Notes: generated from the sequence alone by a model not told the origin. A stretch of DNA of 64,000 nt from Candidatus Bathyarchaeota archaeon (GCA_963827165.1 CAWGZR010000003.1:160001-224000), one strand, 5' to 3'. Positions 19,618 to 30,050 are shown, counted from the stretch's first letter. Numbers and translations: made by a program.

Positions 19618-19863
19618 ATGAAGTTGGCTGAAATCGCTATATTGCTTAGAGAAATTGTTGACAGGTGTCCAAATCTAGAAGGAAGCACTTTTACTTTGAT
19701 TCCTCAGAAAGCCATGTACCCCTTGTACAATGGATACCACATAAACATCAAGACCAACATTTCGAAGGAAAGCATAGGCTGCTTGAGAAAAATAGTTGAA
19801 GGGCACGACTTGGTAATGCAGATTAAAGCTGACGCGGTAATAGTCTATGAAACCCGAGGTTAA
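19618..19863 (+). CDS. Small hypothetical protein, paralogue of 13507-13755
   Basis: 81 aa, with TTTATTTA TATA-like box upstream. Confidence 0.7.
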   Translation: MKLAEIAILLREIVDRCPNLEGSTFTLIPQKAMYPLYNGYHINIKTNISKESIGCLRKIVEGHDLVMQIKADAVIVYETRG

Positions 19864-20008
19864 CGCTTAAAATCCCTGAATTTATAATGAAACCACCAAA
19901 AAATCAAAAAAACTGCTTTTCAGGCCAAACACTTTTCCATGAATCCTTTGAAATACATAGTAAGGTTTTTGAGCGCCAAATCCAATGGGCTTGTAAGGTT
20001 GATCAACT

Positions 20009-20137
20009 TTGTCTAGACGAGATAAAAAAGCTGAGGGTTTAGAGCAACACAAGAAACTGCAACGCGAAAAAGATCAGAAACGAAAAGAGCGTAAGCAGGT
20101 ATCACTCCCAGCGAAACACCAGAAAGGCAAAAAATAA
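20009..20137 (+). CDS. 42-aa basic microprotein, paralogue of 19375-19503
   Basis: TTG start. MSRRDKKAEGLEQHKKLQREKDQKRKERKQVSLPAKHQKGKK* shares REK...LPAK.QK. Confidence 0.6.
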   Translation: MSRRDKKAEGLEQHKKLQREKDQKRKERKQVSLPAKHQKGKK

Positions 20138-20400
20138 CTGGACGCCCAAACAGCGTTTTTCCCTTTTTTAAGCAAATATAGCCGCGCTAAGATCCCGGTC
20201 GTACTCTTTTAGGAATATTAAATGCCGAATAGTTTGTACGTAATTCGGGGTCAACCCTGTGATTCTAAATGTTCTCTGATTTGCGCCCAACCAACAGCCA
20301 AACTGAGAGACAACCAACTGATTTTGGTTGTCAACCTGTCTATTTTTTCGAAAATTATTAAAGCGCTAACTTGCATTACATTACACTTGGAGAACAAAAA

Positions 20401-20490
20401 ATGCCGAAGAAAGATAAACCCTTAACTAAAAAAGAAAGAGACGAGAAAAGAAAAGCCCGTAAAGAAAAGAAGAGTAAAACACAGACTTAA
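20401..20490 (+). CDS. 29-aa Lys/Arg-rich microprotein
   Basis: MPKKDKPLTKKERDEKRKARKEKKSKTQT*, with GGAG RBS upstream and a T-rich tract downstream. Confidence 0.5.
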   Translation: MPKKDKPLTKKERDEKRKARKEKKSKTQT

Positions 20491-20766
20491 AACTTCGACC
20501 GAAAAAAATAGGGTCCTTTTTTTCACCCTTAATTTTATTTGATTCGACGCAGAAATCGTGTTTGCGTGTTTTACTTAAATGAGAATGAATTTTCACAGGT
20601 ATCCCTCTTTTCAATCAGCCGGCGGCATCGAACCTCAAGATTAAGACATAGAAAATATTGTAGGTGACAATCGGGCTGCTGAAAAAGAGTTTTTTCAACA
20701 AAATATAAAAAGAAATGTTGGTTTATATAGGCAGTGTGTGAGGCTTAGGTTAGAGGAGAAGTTTGT

Positions 20767-22587
20767 ATGGGTACTCATAAATTTGTAAGCAGGAAGACTG
20801 CTTTGGGCGTCATTGGTTTGTGCATTATTCTTTCGGTTGTTGTGATTGGTGTTTTGATGCAGAATTCAAATGCTAATCTTAAGAATCAAGCTGCATCGAA
20901 GGACTTGGTTATTCAATCCTTGAACTCGACTGTCGGCACCCTGAATGCGACTGTTAACAAGGATAATTCAACGATTGACGCCCTGAACGCCCAAATAGCA
21001 ACTCTCCAGAAACAAGTTAAATCTGAGAACCAAAACAACTCGGCCCTTCAGTCTGAATTTACAGCGACAACTTCTCAACTTACTTCCCAGCTTAGTACCG
21101 CAAATAATGAAGTAAGCTCGCTTCAAAATCAGATTAACTCAAATGCGCAGGCGATAGTTCTTCAAAATCAGCTGACAGCCGCACAGGCGCAAGTAACAAG
21201 CCTGCAAAACCAAATCGGTTCATATCAATCAACAATCACCTCGTTGAACTCAAAGGTGGTAAACTTGGATTCAACGATGGCAAACTGGGATAGCCCCGTC
21301 CAAAATGGGTTTAGTCTTATGCAAATCACAGATACTCAGTTTCTAAGTGAGTCTAACCCAAGCCTATTCAACACGTTGACCAGCTGGATAGTAAACAACA
21401 GTGAAGCCCTGAAAGTTGCAATGGTTATCCATACGGGCGACATTGTAAATGACCCGACTAACTTAACTGAATGGCAAGCCGCCAACACCTCCATGATGCA
21501 GCTCAAAAATAACGGAGTTCCTTACAGTTGGTGCGCAGGAAACCATGATATTTTAGGAGAAACCCTTCCGAACGGGAATGCTAATGGCGAATGGCTAGGC
21601 GGAGAAGGCTTCTCAGCCTTCGACGTAGGGGCTATGCAACAAGAACCTTATTGGGTTGCAAGCATTTTCAACGGAACAAGCACAGCGGTACAATTTAACT
21701 ACGGCATTTACCATTTCTTGGTCATTAATGTCGCTTATGATGCCAACCAAACTGTCATAGACTGGATGCAAGCGCTTATCAAGAGTAATCCCACAGCAAA
21801 CGTGATTGTCACAACTCACAACTTTCTCAATGGGGAAGGTGGATACGGATATCCGTACAGTCAAGCAGACGTCGACTGGGCAGCTGCTTTTAACAATACT
21901 TTATGCACCGACCCTAACGTGTTTTTGACCTTAAGCGGACACGCGATCGGCGAAGGTACAGCGTCCTGGGTGAGGAATGGAAACAGGACAGATATTTTCT
22001 TTAACAGACAGCAAGAAGACAATTTTCAGGGTGGCGCCAGTGTGAGGATCTACACTTTCAATATGACTAATGCAGCAAACCCCACCATAAACGTTTACAC
22101 ATATCTGACGTACCCAACCGGATCAGCAGCAACACCAATGTACCTAACTGATTCGTCCGATGAGTTCAGCTTCACCTCAAACCTTACTGCTTATTCACCA
22201 TCCACGGTTAGTTTCCCTAGCGGCACTAACTTCTGGGGGGCAAGCGGCTTTTCAACAAGCTTTACGAACCCAATAACTCTAACGAGCTACAACCAGACAG
22301 GAGACCTGCTTAGATTCTACAATTTAACATTCAACGGCTTAACTTCAAACCTGACTATGAGCTCCGTTGGCTCCAACATTGTAATAAGCAACTATAACTC
22401 CACAAGCATAACGTACGCGGTTGGCGGAGGAAACAGCACCCAAACATTCCTAACCAACGTAATTCCAACATCGGTAACCGTTGACGGTAATCCAGCAGAA
22501 ACATCTCAAGGCACCCACTGGAACTACATAAATGGAGTCATCACAGTCACAGGCGCCACCACATCAGTGACCATAAATTTCACCTAA
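20767..22587 (+). CDS. Membrane-anchored coiled-coil metallophosphoesterase
   Basis: N-terminal TM and long coiled coil. Calcineurin-like motifs TDTQ, TGDIVN, GNHD, TH, SGH. Confidence 0.85.
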   Translation: MGTHKFVSRKTALGVIGLCIILSVVVIGVLMQNSNANLKNQAASKDLVIQSLNSTVGTLNATVNKDNSTIDALNAQIATLQKQVKSENQNNSALQSEFTATTSQLTSQLSTANNEVSSLQNQINSNAQAIVLQNQLTAAQAQVTSLQNQIGSYQSTITSLNSKVVNLDSTMANWDSPVQNGFSLMQITDTQFLSESNPSLFNTLTSWIVNNSEALKVAMVIHTGDIVNDPTNLTEWQAANTSMMQLKNNGVPYSWCAGNHDILGETLPNGNANGEWLGGEGFSAFDVGAMQQEPYWVASIFNGTSTAVQFNYGIYHFLVINVAYDANQTVIDWMQALIKSNPTANVIVTTHNFLNGEGGYGYPYSQADVDWAAAFNNTLCTDPNVFLTLSGHAIGEGTASWVRNGNRTDIFFNRQQEDNFQGGASVRIYTFNMTNAANPTINVYTYLTYPTGSAATPMYLTDSSDEFSFTSNLTAYSPSTVSFPSGTNFWGASGFSTSFTNPITLTSYNQTGDLLRFYNLTFNGLTSNLTMSSVGSNIVISNYNSTSITYAVGGGNSTQTFLTNVIPTSVTVDGNPAETSQGTHWNYINGVITVTGATTSVTINFT

Positions 22588-23001
22588 CTCCCTATAAAAA
22601 ATCTAGGCCAAAAAAACATTTGGACAAAACGACAGGGAGAATCGCCCTACATCAGGGGTTTCTCCATTTGTTCCGCTCCTTGATTGCGAGCCAGTGCATG
22701 GCTGATGTAGGTTTTTTTTGAATTAAAAGATGCGTTGCACATCGTGCATGGAATTTGCCTTTCTCAAGCATTTTGGGCTCGAGGATATTCTGATTCTGCA
22801 TGCCGGGTGTTGTAGCGCGGAGGTCGTTGTGTCCGTTGCGTTTGAGCCGGGATTGATTTTACTCAAAAGTTTAACCTACACTTGAACCCTATGATAATTG
22901 ACACATTTTTCAAAGCTGCAATTCACATTTAAAGTTGTGTGACTGTGCAAAGCAAGCTACAAACAAACTGATCGAGAATGAATTGAGTGGAAAAGCGTCT
23001 T

Positions 23002-23343
23002 CTAAGAGTATTCTCGGAAGGTGTGACCGCATTTAGTGCAGCGCATGAATTGGGTTGATGCTTCGTCGCCGCCGCGGGTCTGAACTTGCCACACGAACAC
23101 TTCGTTGTTTTCGCATTTCTCGCATTTCATTCTGATGGTCTGCATGGTTTTGACGTTTTGTTCTTCTTCGCTTATGACGGTCATGAATGGCTGAGATGTA
23201 GGTTGAATAACCCTAACGACCTTTGCTTGCTCTCTGTTGGTGGAAGGTGCCTTAGTGAAACCGCATTTACAGCAGACAAGTGCCACTGTACCCTCTGATT
23301 TTTTGGGTTCGAGACGAACGCCGCAAGTTGGGCAAAACTCCAT
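23002..23343 (-). CDS. tfs: Transcription elongation factor S (TFS/RpoM)
   Basis: MEFCPTCG N-ribbon and C-ribbon QTRGGDE..TQFMRCTKCGH with intact DE dyad. Confidence 0.92.
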   Translation of the reverse strand: MEFCPTCGVRLEPKKSEGTVALVCCKCGFTKAPSTNREQAKVVRVIQPTSQPFMTVISEEEQNVKTMQTIRMKCEKCENNEVFVWQVQTRGGDEASTQFMRCTKCGHTFREYS

Positions 23344-23530
23344 TTACAAAAACCCCTCTCGATATTCCCCATTCAAAAGGAACATACCCAATATAAGTCT
23401 TGTTAGATTTCCACCGACAATTTCAGGCAAGAAGAATGAAGGGCTCAAAATTCGATCAAATCTTCAAAGTATTCAAACGCAAATTAAAAATATCTCGACG
23501 CTTGTAGAAGGCGATGGATGGAATTTAAAA

Positions 23531-24169
23531 ATGGAAGGAACGCCTAAGAGCGAATGGCAAACAATTGACCATGTACTTGCTTACCTGGCGAGAGCCGATA
23601 AGCTTCCGCATAGGACGGAAGGCGAACGAGTCTTGCTTGAACAGATCCCATCGCATACCAAACGTATTTTGGATTTAGGAACAGGCGATGGCAGACTGCT
23701 TTCACTGGTTAAAATGAGCCGACCAAATGCTGAAGGCGTAGCGGTGGATTTCTCTGACCCGATGCTTGAACGCGCAAGAAAACGTTTTGCAGACGACAAA
23801 AACGTAACCGTGGTTAAACACGATTTTGGTTCTCCGCTTCCAGCTAAGCAACTCGGCTGCTTCGACGCCGTTGTATCAAGTTTGGCAATTCACCATTTAA
23901 CCCATCCGAGAAAGAAGCAACTGTACACCGAAATATTCAACCTTCTAAACTCCGAAGGCGTATTCTGCAACCTGGAACGAGTGGCGTCCTCAACAGAAAA
24001 TCTCCATCACAAATTTGTTGTAGCCACAGGAACCGAAGTAGAGGACCCTTCGAATAAGCTTTTAGATGTTGAAACACAGCTTAAATGGCTGAGAGAGATA
24101 GGGTTCAGCGACGTTGATTGCTACTGGAAATGGTTGGAAATAGCGCTCTTGATAGGTTTCAAACCTTAA
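23531..24169 (+). CDS. Class I SAM-dependent methyltransferase
   Basis: ILDLGTGDG motif I, FDAVVSSLAIHHL. Confidence 0.9.
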   Translation: MEGTPKSEWQTIDHVLAYLARADKLPHRTEGERVLLEQIPSHTKRILDLGTGDGRLLSLVKMSRPNAEGVAVDFSDPMLERARKRFADDKNVTVVKHDFGSPLPAKQLGCFDAVVSSLAIHHLTHPRKKQLYTEIFNLLNSEGVFCNLERVASSTENLHHKFVVATGTEVEDPSNKLLDVETQLKWLREIGFSDVDCYWKWLEIALLIGFKP

Positions 24170-24262
24170 ACCTGCCTCTTTTTGGCATCTAATCACCAAA
24201 ACGGAAAATAGAAAACGATAATAATGCGCTTGTACAACATTCTAGTTAGAGGTTTTTATCAA

Positions 24263-24787
24263 ATGACAACTAGCAATAGTAGTGGACAGATTGACCTTAT
24301 GCATTGGCTAATTCGCTTAATCGCTTACATCATCGACGCAATAATAATCTTCGTGGTAACAACTATACTAGGCATCATAATAGCAATAATAGCTGTCGCA
24401 GCAATAGCCACCGGCTCCGTGCTTTTCTACGGCGGACTATGGCTAACTTTTGGGCTCTTTGGATTACTCTCGATACTATACTTCATCATCTTGGACGTCG
24501 TCTGGGGCGGAACAATTGGAAAAAGACTCATGGGCTTAGACGTGCAACTGGAAAAAGGCGGAAGAATATCAATTGGCAAATCATTCATCCGCAACATAAG
24601 CAAAATCTTCGCGCTTTTCCTATTTCTCGACTGGTTGATAGCCGTTGTAACTGCTGGAAACGACAGGCGCCAAAAATTGACCGACCGCTGGGCAGGAACC
24701 ACCGTTGTCCAAGTAAAGCAAGTATTCCAAACTAGCCAACCATCCCCAACACCAGCTCCACCGCCGCCTCCGCCACCAGCCGCTTAA
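24263..24787 (+). CDS. RDD family membrane protein
   Basis: RLIAYIID, GTIGKRLMGL, QKLTDRWAGT. Confidence 0.9.
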   Translation: MTTSNSSGQIDLMHWLIRLIAYIIDAIIIFVVTTILGIIIAIIAVAAIATGSVLFYGGLWLTFGLFGLLSILYFIILDVVWGGTIGKRLMGLDVQLEKGGRISIGKSFIRNISKIFALFLFLDWLIAVVTAGNDRRQKLTDRWAGTTVVQVKQVFQTSQPSPTPAPPPPPPPAA

Positions 24788-24882
24788 ATCAAAAAACCCT
24801 TTCTTTTTTTTGAATTAATTCTTCACCTAATAATGAACTTGCAATAATCATTGATAAAGTCAAACGGCTATTTCGATGGCTT

Positions 24883-25221
24883 TTAGGCGTTGAGTTCTTC
24901 AAGCCAAACTACGAGTTGCTTTTCACTTAACCCCACACCGAATTTTCCGTCGAGACGTTTGGCAATCTTGCCTTTTTCGAAGAGAATTACTGTTGGAACA
25001 GCATCTATTTCGTAGTCATCCCACATTGGATTATCGTAGTCGTCAATTACGACGTGAACAACTGCTCCGCCGCGAAAGCTGCCGGCTTTCTTTTTGAAAA
25101 CTGGGACAAACCTCATGCAATGAGGGCACCAAGTGGCATAGAACAAAGCGAGAACTTTTTCGTTCTTTTTTAATTCTTCAGTAAAGTTTTCTTTGTTGTC
25201 AACTTCGACCATAAGTATCAT
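24883..25221 (-). CDS. Thioredoxin
   Basis: FYATWCPHC and VPT motifs. Confidence 0.9.
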   Translation of the reverse strand: MILMVEVDNKENFTEELKKNEKVLALFYATWCPHCMRFVPVFKKKAGSFRGGAVVHVVIDDYDNPMWDDYEIDAVPTVILFEKGKIAKRLDGKFGVGLSEKQLVVWLEELNA

Positions 25222-25328
25222 TTAAAATCGACTTTTCGTTATTCATAAACATACCGTTCTAAACCCTTCAGACATGCATCCGAAAGGAAGCCTAAATAAA
25301 GCAAACCCAAATCAATAGCTGGGATACA

Positions 25329-26051
25329 ATGTCGCGGAAAGCTTATAGAAGAGGTTATCCGGTTGCAGTTTTGATTGGAATCGAGGTTGACCATGCTGCT
25401 TTATGGCAGATCTTTAGTCAAGTTGCAAAGCAACTGCAGATAATTCCACTTAATGGGAGCAGAAACGATGCAAAAGCCGTCTATAACTTTCATGAATCCT
25501 TAGTAAACGCGTTGCGGCCGACGCTAAAAGAAGGTCTGAGAAGCGTTATTGTTGCGTCTACCCCTAAGACCACTTACGCGCAAGAATTCACAAACCACAT
25601 AAAAGCGCATCACAGTTGGCTAATGCAAGGCGCAAACAGAGCAGCTATCTCAACCATAACGAGTTCCGCCAGTTCCCCTCAACAAGTCGCCGCCTTAACC
25701 AAAACAACGGCATTTAAAGAGCTAATCAACCAAACAACAGCGCAGGAAACAGAAAACCTGCTTGAAATCCTCGAAAAACGACTAAACGCTACCGACAACA
25801 TGGTGCTTTTCTCTTTGCAAGAAGCCGAAAACCTCATCCTTAATACCCAAGGCGAAGGCAAGCCAAAACCCGAATACCTTATGCTTACCGACGAATACCT
25901 TTCAAAAAGCCGGCAAAAATACCGCTTGCAAAGGCTTATGCAGGTTGCGGCAAATAGGGGCGTTAAAACACGTGTTATCAGTGCCGATTCAACTGCAGGA
26001 AAGCGCCTCACTCAGTTAGGCGGAATTGTCTGCTTGGCAAAACGCGACTAG
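25329..26051 (+). CDS. Pelota/eRF1-like protein with middle and C-terminal domains only
   Basis: C-terminus GVKTRVISADSTAGKRLTQLGGIVCL matches the eRF1/pelota domain-3 signature. 240 aa. Confidence 0.6.
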   Translation: MSRKAYRRGYPVAVLIGIEVDHAALWQIFSQVAKQLQIIPLNGSRNDAKAVYNFHESLVNALRPTLKEGLRSVIVASTPKTTYAQEFTNHIKAHHSWLMQGANRAAISTITSSASSPQQVAALTKTTAFKELINQTTAQETENLLEILEKRLNATDNMVLFSLQEAENLILNTQGEGKPKPEYLMLTDEYLSKSRQKYRLQRLMQVAANRGVKTRVISADSTAGKRLTQLGGIVCLAKRD

Positions 26052-26053
26052 GA

Positions 26054-26794
26054 TCATTTGAGTAGCTTTGCTTTTCTTAATTCTTCAACTGAAATCTTGC
26101 CAGAATGCAAAGCAGAAGCCACCAAAACACCTGAAACACCCAGATTTTTCAGCTCAACTAAATCGGAGATACCTCGAACTCCGCCGCCAACATAAACATT
26201 GAGGGTTAAGGATTTTTGGACTTTGCCCAGAAAATCAACGTTGACTCCTTCACCACTGCCCACCCTCGCCAAATCCAAAACAATCACCTGCGAAACACCC
26301 AAAGATTTGAATTCCCTCAGAAGGCACAAAGGATCCGCGCAGCCGTCGAACCCTGGCTTTGCAAGAACTTTATCGCCATTCAAATCTAAACTGACGATGA
26401 GGCGTTCACTCCCAAATCTCTTGACAGCTTCACCGACGAAGCCCTTGTTTTGAAGAGTCTCCGTTCCGACAACCAATTTCGAAACTCCTTTCGACAGCAA
26501 ACTCTCTGCCCTATCCATTGACGTTACGCCCGCATCAACCATCAAATTAAGACCCGATCCATCAGCAAGTCGTTTAAGTGCTTGAAAGTTCGAGGAGCAA
26601 TCGATAATTGCGTCTAAATCAGCCACGTACAACTCCCCGAAACCAAGTGCTTTGAATGCTTGAGCAACTTGCAAGGGGACTGAGGAATCGCACACAACAC
26701 TTTGGATGGGTCGATACTCGCTTCTTTTGCCCTTGACCGCATGCACCACAGCGCCGTTCAAAATGTCGATTACCGGAATAATTTTCAGGTTCAT
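26054..26794 (-). CDS. HisA/HisF-like TIM-barrel protein associated with C1-cofactor genes
   Basis: IIPVIDILNGAVVHAVKGKRSEYRP, LYVADLDAI, LDLARVGS. Divergent from mfnB. Confidence 0.8.
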   Translation of the reverse strand: MNLKIIPVIDILNGAVVHAVKGKRSEYRPIQSVVCDSSVPLQVAQAFKALGFGELYVADLDAIIDCSSNFQALKRLADGSGLNLMVDAGVTSMDRAESLLSKGVSKLVVGTETLQNKGFVGEAVKRFGSERLIVSLDLNGDKVLAKPGFDGCADPLCLLREFKSLGVSQVIVLDLARVGSGEGVNVDFLGKVQKSLTLNVYVGGGVRGISDLVELKNLGVSGVLVASALHSGKISVEELRKAKLLK

Positions 26795-26893
26795 TCACCA
26801 TCTTTGGAATGATTGTGAACAAATAGAAAAACATAGCCGTTACTGAGCAAAACTTTTAAAGCCTTCATTAATGCGCTTGATAATGACCCAAGA

Positions 26894-27634
26894 TTGAAGC
26901 TGCTAATTAGTCCCGCCAACGTAGAGGAAGCCTCTGAAGCCATTGCTGGAGGCGCTGACATTGTGGATGTAAAGAACCCACAGGAAGGCGCATTAGGTGC
27001 TAATTTTCCGTGGGTAATCAAGCAGATAAGAGATCTTGCACCGAAAAACGTTGAGGTAAGCTGCGCCCTTGGCGATGTTTCAAATTTTCCTGGTTCTGTG
27101 TCGTTGGCTGCTTTTGGCGCTGCAACGCTAGGTGTTGATTATGTTAAAGTTGGGTTGTACGGATTCAAAACCGAAGCAGAAGCGATTTACCTACTGCAGA
27201 ACGTTAAGAGAGCAGCTAAGGGATGCAACCCTACAATCAAGGTGGCAGCCGCCGGGTATGCGGACGCACAAAGAATCGACGCACTCGACCCGTTGTTGAT
27301 TCCTCAGATAGCGTTCAAAGCTCAAGTGGACGTTGCAATGCTTGACACAGGAGTCAAAGACGGCAAAAACCTCTTCAACTACCTGTCGGAGACGCAAATC
27401 AAAAAATTTGTTGATGACAGCCACCATTTTGGCCTTGAAGCGGCTTTGGCTGGGTCGCTACAGAAAGAAGATTTGCCAGTTATCTACCAGTTAGGTGCTG
27501 ACATCGCAGGTTTACGCGGTGCCGCCTGCACAAAAGGTGACCGCGTCAAAGGCAAAATGAAAAAAGCTCTCGTACAAGAACTTGCAAAAGTCATAAAGCG
27601 AGCTGAAGAGCAAGCTAAAAAGCCGAGGGCTTAA
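26894..27634 (+). CDS. mfnB: (5-formylfuran-3-yl)methyl phosphate synthase
   Basis: LLISP..EEA..GGADIVDVKNPQEGALGA, MLDT..KDG, LAGSL, GLRGAAC. Confidence 0.92.
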   Translation: MKLLISPANVEEASEAIAGGADIVDVKNPQEGALGANFPWVIKQIRDLAPKNVEVSCALGDVSNFPGSVSLAAFGAATLGVDYVKVGLYGFKTEAEAIYLLQNVKRAAKGCNPTIKVAAAGYADAQRIDALDPLLIPQIAFKAQVDVAMLDTGVKDGKNLFNYLSETQIKKFVDDSHHFGLEAALAGSLQKEDLPVIYQLGADIAGLRGAACTKGDRVKGKMKKALVQELAKVIKRAEEQAKKPRA

Positions 27635-27636
27635 AT

Positions 27637-28776
27637 GTGCTATCAAGCGGCTTAAGCAAAAGACAGGTGCTGGCTGAACTAAAAAAAATCCGATGCTTAG
27701 ACCAACAATACAATGACGGCAAAATTCTGTGTTCAATGTGCACCAAATCGCACCCGACAGCTGAAAAAGCGTACAGGCTGTTTTTAAACTCTAACTTAGG
27801 CGACCCAGGGCTCTTTCGAGGAAGCGTTCAACTGGAAAAAGAGGTCGTCAACGCTCTAACCAGGCTTCTTCACGGCGAAAACTGCGTTGGCCACATTGTT
27901 TCCGGAGGTACCGAGGCTAATTTGACGGCGCTCTTGGCGGCAATTAAAAAGGCGAGTGTTCGAGTTCCCGAGGTGGTTTTGCCTGAATCAGCTCATTTCT
28001 CGTTCACAAAAATCTGCAGCATCTTAAACCTCAAACCGGTTTATGCTGGCTTAGACGACTCTTTTAAGGCTGATCCAAAGCAGGTTGAAGAATGCATCGG
28101 AGAAAACACTGTCGCTTTAGTAGGGACGGCTGGGTCTTCTGAGCTAGGAATTGTCGATCCGATCGAGGCACTTTCTCAAATCGCAGCTCGGCATAATGTT
28201 TGGTTGCATGTCGATGCAGCCTTTGGCGGCTTGGTCATCCCGTTCCTCGCTGACGCTCAACGCCCCTTTGACTTCGGATTGGAGGCTGTGGAATCCATGA
28301 CTGTCGACCCACATAAGATGGGCATGGCGGCGATCCCAGCGGGCGGAATCCTTTTCAGGCACGCCGAAGCGTTGAATTCCCTCAAGACTGAAACGCCTTA
28401 CTTAACTGACCAGTTCCAAAACACTTTTACGGGAACAAGATCTGGCGCCGCCGTAGCTTCGACATGGGCAGCCTTCAGGTCGATCGGCTTTAATGGCTAC
28501 AGAAAAATCGTAGGCAAATGCATGAAGACTACAAGATTTTTTGCTGATGGGCTGACAGAGAGAGGTTGCGCTCTCGTCACGAAACCAACCCTAAATATAG
28601 TGGCATTTCGCAGCAACAACGGCAGCAAACGCTTAGCTGAGAAACTTCGGGAACAAGGCTGGTTCATCTCATACGTGCCACGCTACGACTGCTTAAGAAT
28701 AGTCGTCATGCCCCACGTCAAGAAACAGCATGCCATGGCTTTTTTAGAAGATGTAGCGAAAATCGAAAAGCTTTAA
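27637..28776 (+). CDS. mfnA: L-tyrosine/L-aspartate decarboxylase (PLP)
   Basis: SMCT, NLGDPGLF, SGGTEAN, HVDAAFGG, DPHKMG. Confidence 0.92.
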   Translation: MLSSGLSKRQVLAELKKIRCLDQQYNDGKILCSMCTKSHPTAEKAYRLFLNSNLGDPGLFRGSVQLEKEVVNALTRLLHGENCVGHIVSGGTEANLTALLAAIKKASVRVPEVVLPESAHFSFTKICSILNLKPVYAGLDDSFKADPKQVEECIGENTVALVGTAGSSELGIVDPIEALSQIAARHNVWLHVDAAFGGLVIPFLADAQRPFDFGLEAVESMTVDPHKMGMAAIPAGGILFRHAEALNSLKTETPYLTDQFQNTFTGTRSGAAVASTWAAFRSIGFNGYRKIVGKCMKTTRFFADGLTERGCALVTKPTLNIVAFRSNNGSKRLAEKLREQGWFISYVPRYDCLRIVVMPHVKKQHAMAFLEDVAKIEKL

Positions 28777-28816
28777 GGTCACGCGTTGTTTCCATCGACT
28801 CTAAAAGGACGATACT

Positions 28817-30049
28817 TTGAAAATTTTAGTTTATGAACATGTTTCAGGTGGCGGGTACGCAGGGCAACCCTTGGACCCAAGCGTTTTGTCAGAAGGATTT
28901 GCTATGCTTAGCTGTCTTGCCAAAGATTTTAAGGCGGCAGGGCACGAAGTAACCGTTTTACTTGACGCGCGCCTCTCAAAGTTCAATGCTTCTTTGGATA
29001 CTGATTGCATAGTACGGGTTTTTTACGCCAAGGAAAACGAAGAATTGTTTGAAGGCGCCGCCAAAATCAACGATGCTGTCTACGTTATTGCGCCTGAAAC
29101 GGAACAAATCCTTCAATCATTCGTTGATCTTGAGGGAAAGACGGGTAAGCTTTCGCTTAATTGCGAAGCCGGCGCCATCCACAAGATTACTGATAAAGCT
29201 GTTTTGTATAATTCACTTAAAAAAAACGGGTTACTTACACCTCAAACCTTAATTTTTAATGTAGACGACGAACACACAAACATCCATAGTGAAATCAAAA
29301 ACAAGCTGGGTTATCCCGTTGTTTTTAAGCCGGTAGAAAGCACAGGCTGTGGCGGATTAAGTGTTATCCAAGAAGACAGCCAAATAGAGGCAGCCGTAGC
29401 GAAGATAAAGATTGTGTCATCCCGCAAAAAATTCTTGGTGCAAGAGTTTATCCGCGGTGGGGCTGCAAGCGTTAGTTTACTATGTGCGAAGGATAAGGCG
29501 CTCGCAATTAGCCTAAATAAACAAAATGTTCAGCTTGCACCGCCTGATGCAGCTTCAAGTTATGAAGGCGGCGTAGTTCCCTTTTATCATCCATTAAGGC
29601 CTGAAACGTTCGCTACAGCAGAAAAAGTCGCCATGTCTTTACCCGGGTTACGCGGTTATATCGGCATTGACTTTGTTTTAACGGAGGGCAAGCCATTTGT
29701 GGTGGATGTCAATCCTCGCTTAACAACTTCGTTTGTTGGGTTACGCGGGGTTGCAGGGTTCAACGTAGCGGAGGCAATTGTAAACGCTGTGCTTAAGGAC
29801 AAACTTCCAGCACCACCAGAAAATAGAGATTTCAGTTACTTCTCGAAAGTGAAAACCGCAAACCCGTCACTTCAGGCCTTCCAAAAGACAACAAGAACCA
29901 AAGGGGTTATTTCGCCGCCGTTCCCTCTGGACGCCACTTCAGAAGCTGTTTCAATGGTTATTGGGCAGGGCGAATCCATGTCTGAGGCTCATCTGAGATT
30001 CGAAGAAGCTAAAAAGCGGCTGCTCAACATTATTCGCAGGGGAAAATAG
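28817..30049 (+). CDS. mfnD: ATP-grasp tyramine--glutamate ligase
   Basis: KILVYE, EGFAML, IAPET, DVNPRLTTS, plus operon context. Confidence 0.82.
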   Translation: MKILVYEHVSGGGYAGQPLDPSVLSEGFAMLSCLAKDFKAAGHEVTVLLDARLSKFNASLDTDCIVRVFYAKENEELFEGAAKINDAVYVIAPETEQILQSFVDLEGKTGKLSLNCEAGAIHKITDKAVLYNSLKKNGLLTPQTLIFNVDDEHTNIHSEIKNKLGYPVVFKPVESTGCGGLSVIQEDSQIEAAVAKIKIVSSRKKFLVQEFIRGGAASVSLLCAKDKALAISLNKQNVQLAPPDAASSYEGGVVPFYHPLRPETFATAEKVAMSLPGLRGYIGIDFVLTEGKPFVVDVNPRLTTSFVGLRGVAGFNVAEAIVNAVLKDKLPAPPENRDFSYFSKVKTANPSLQAFQKTTRTKGVISPPFPLDATSEAVSMVIGQGESMSEAHLRFEEAKKRLLNIIRRGK

Positions 30050-30050
30050 C

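Noticed and set aside
22630-22860. Minus-strand CTMC...H zinc-finger-like fragment
   Set aside because: Preceded by an in-frame stop and lacking the second His. Too weak to call, as are the similar fragments at 13080-13224 and 56620-56880.
26054-26794. Calling this gene hisA
   Set aside because: The N-terminal VVHAVKGKRSEYRP motif and mfn context fit the C1-cofactor-linked HisA-like family, and no other his genes are nearby.
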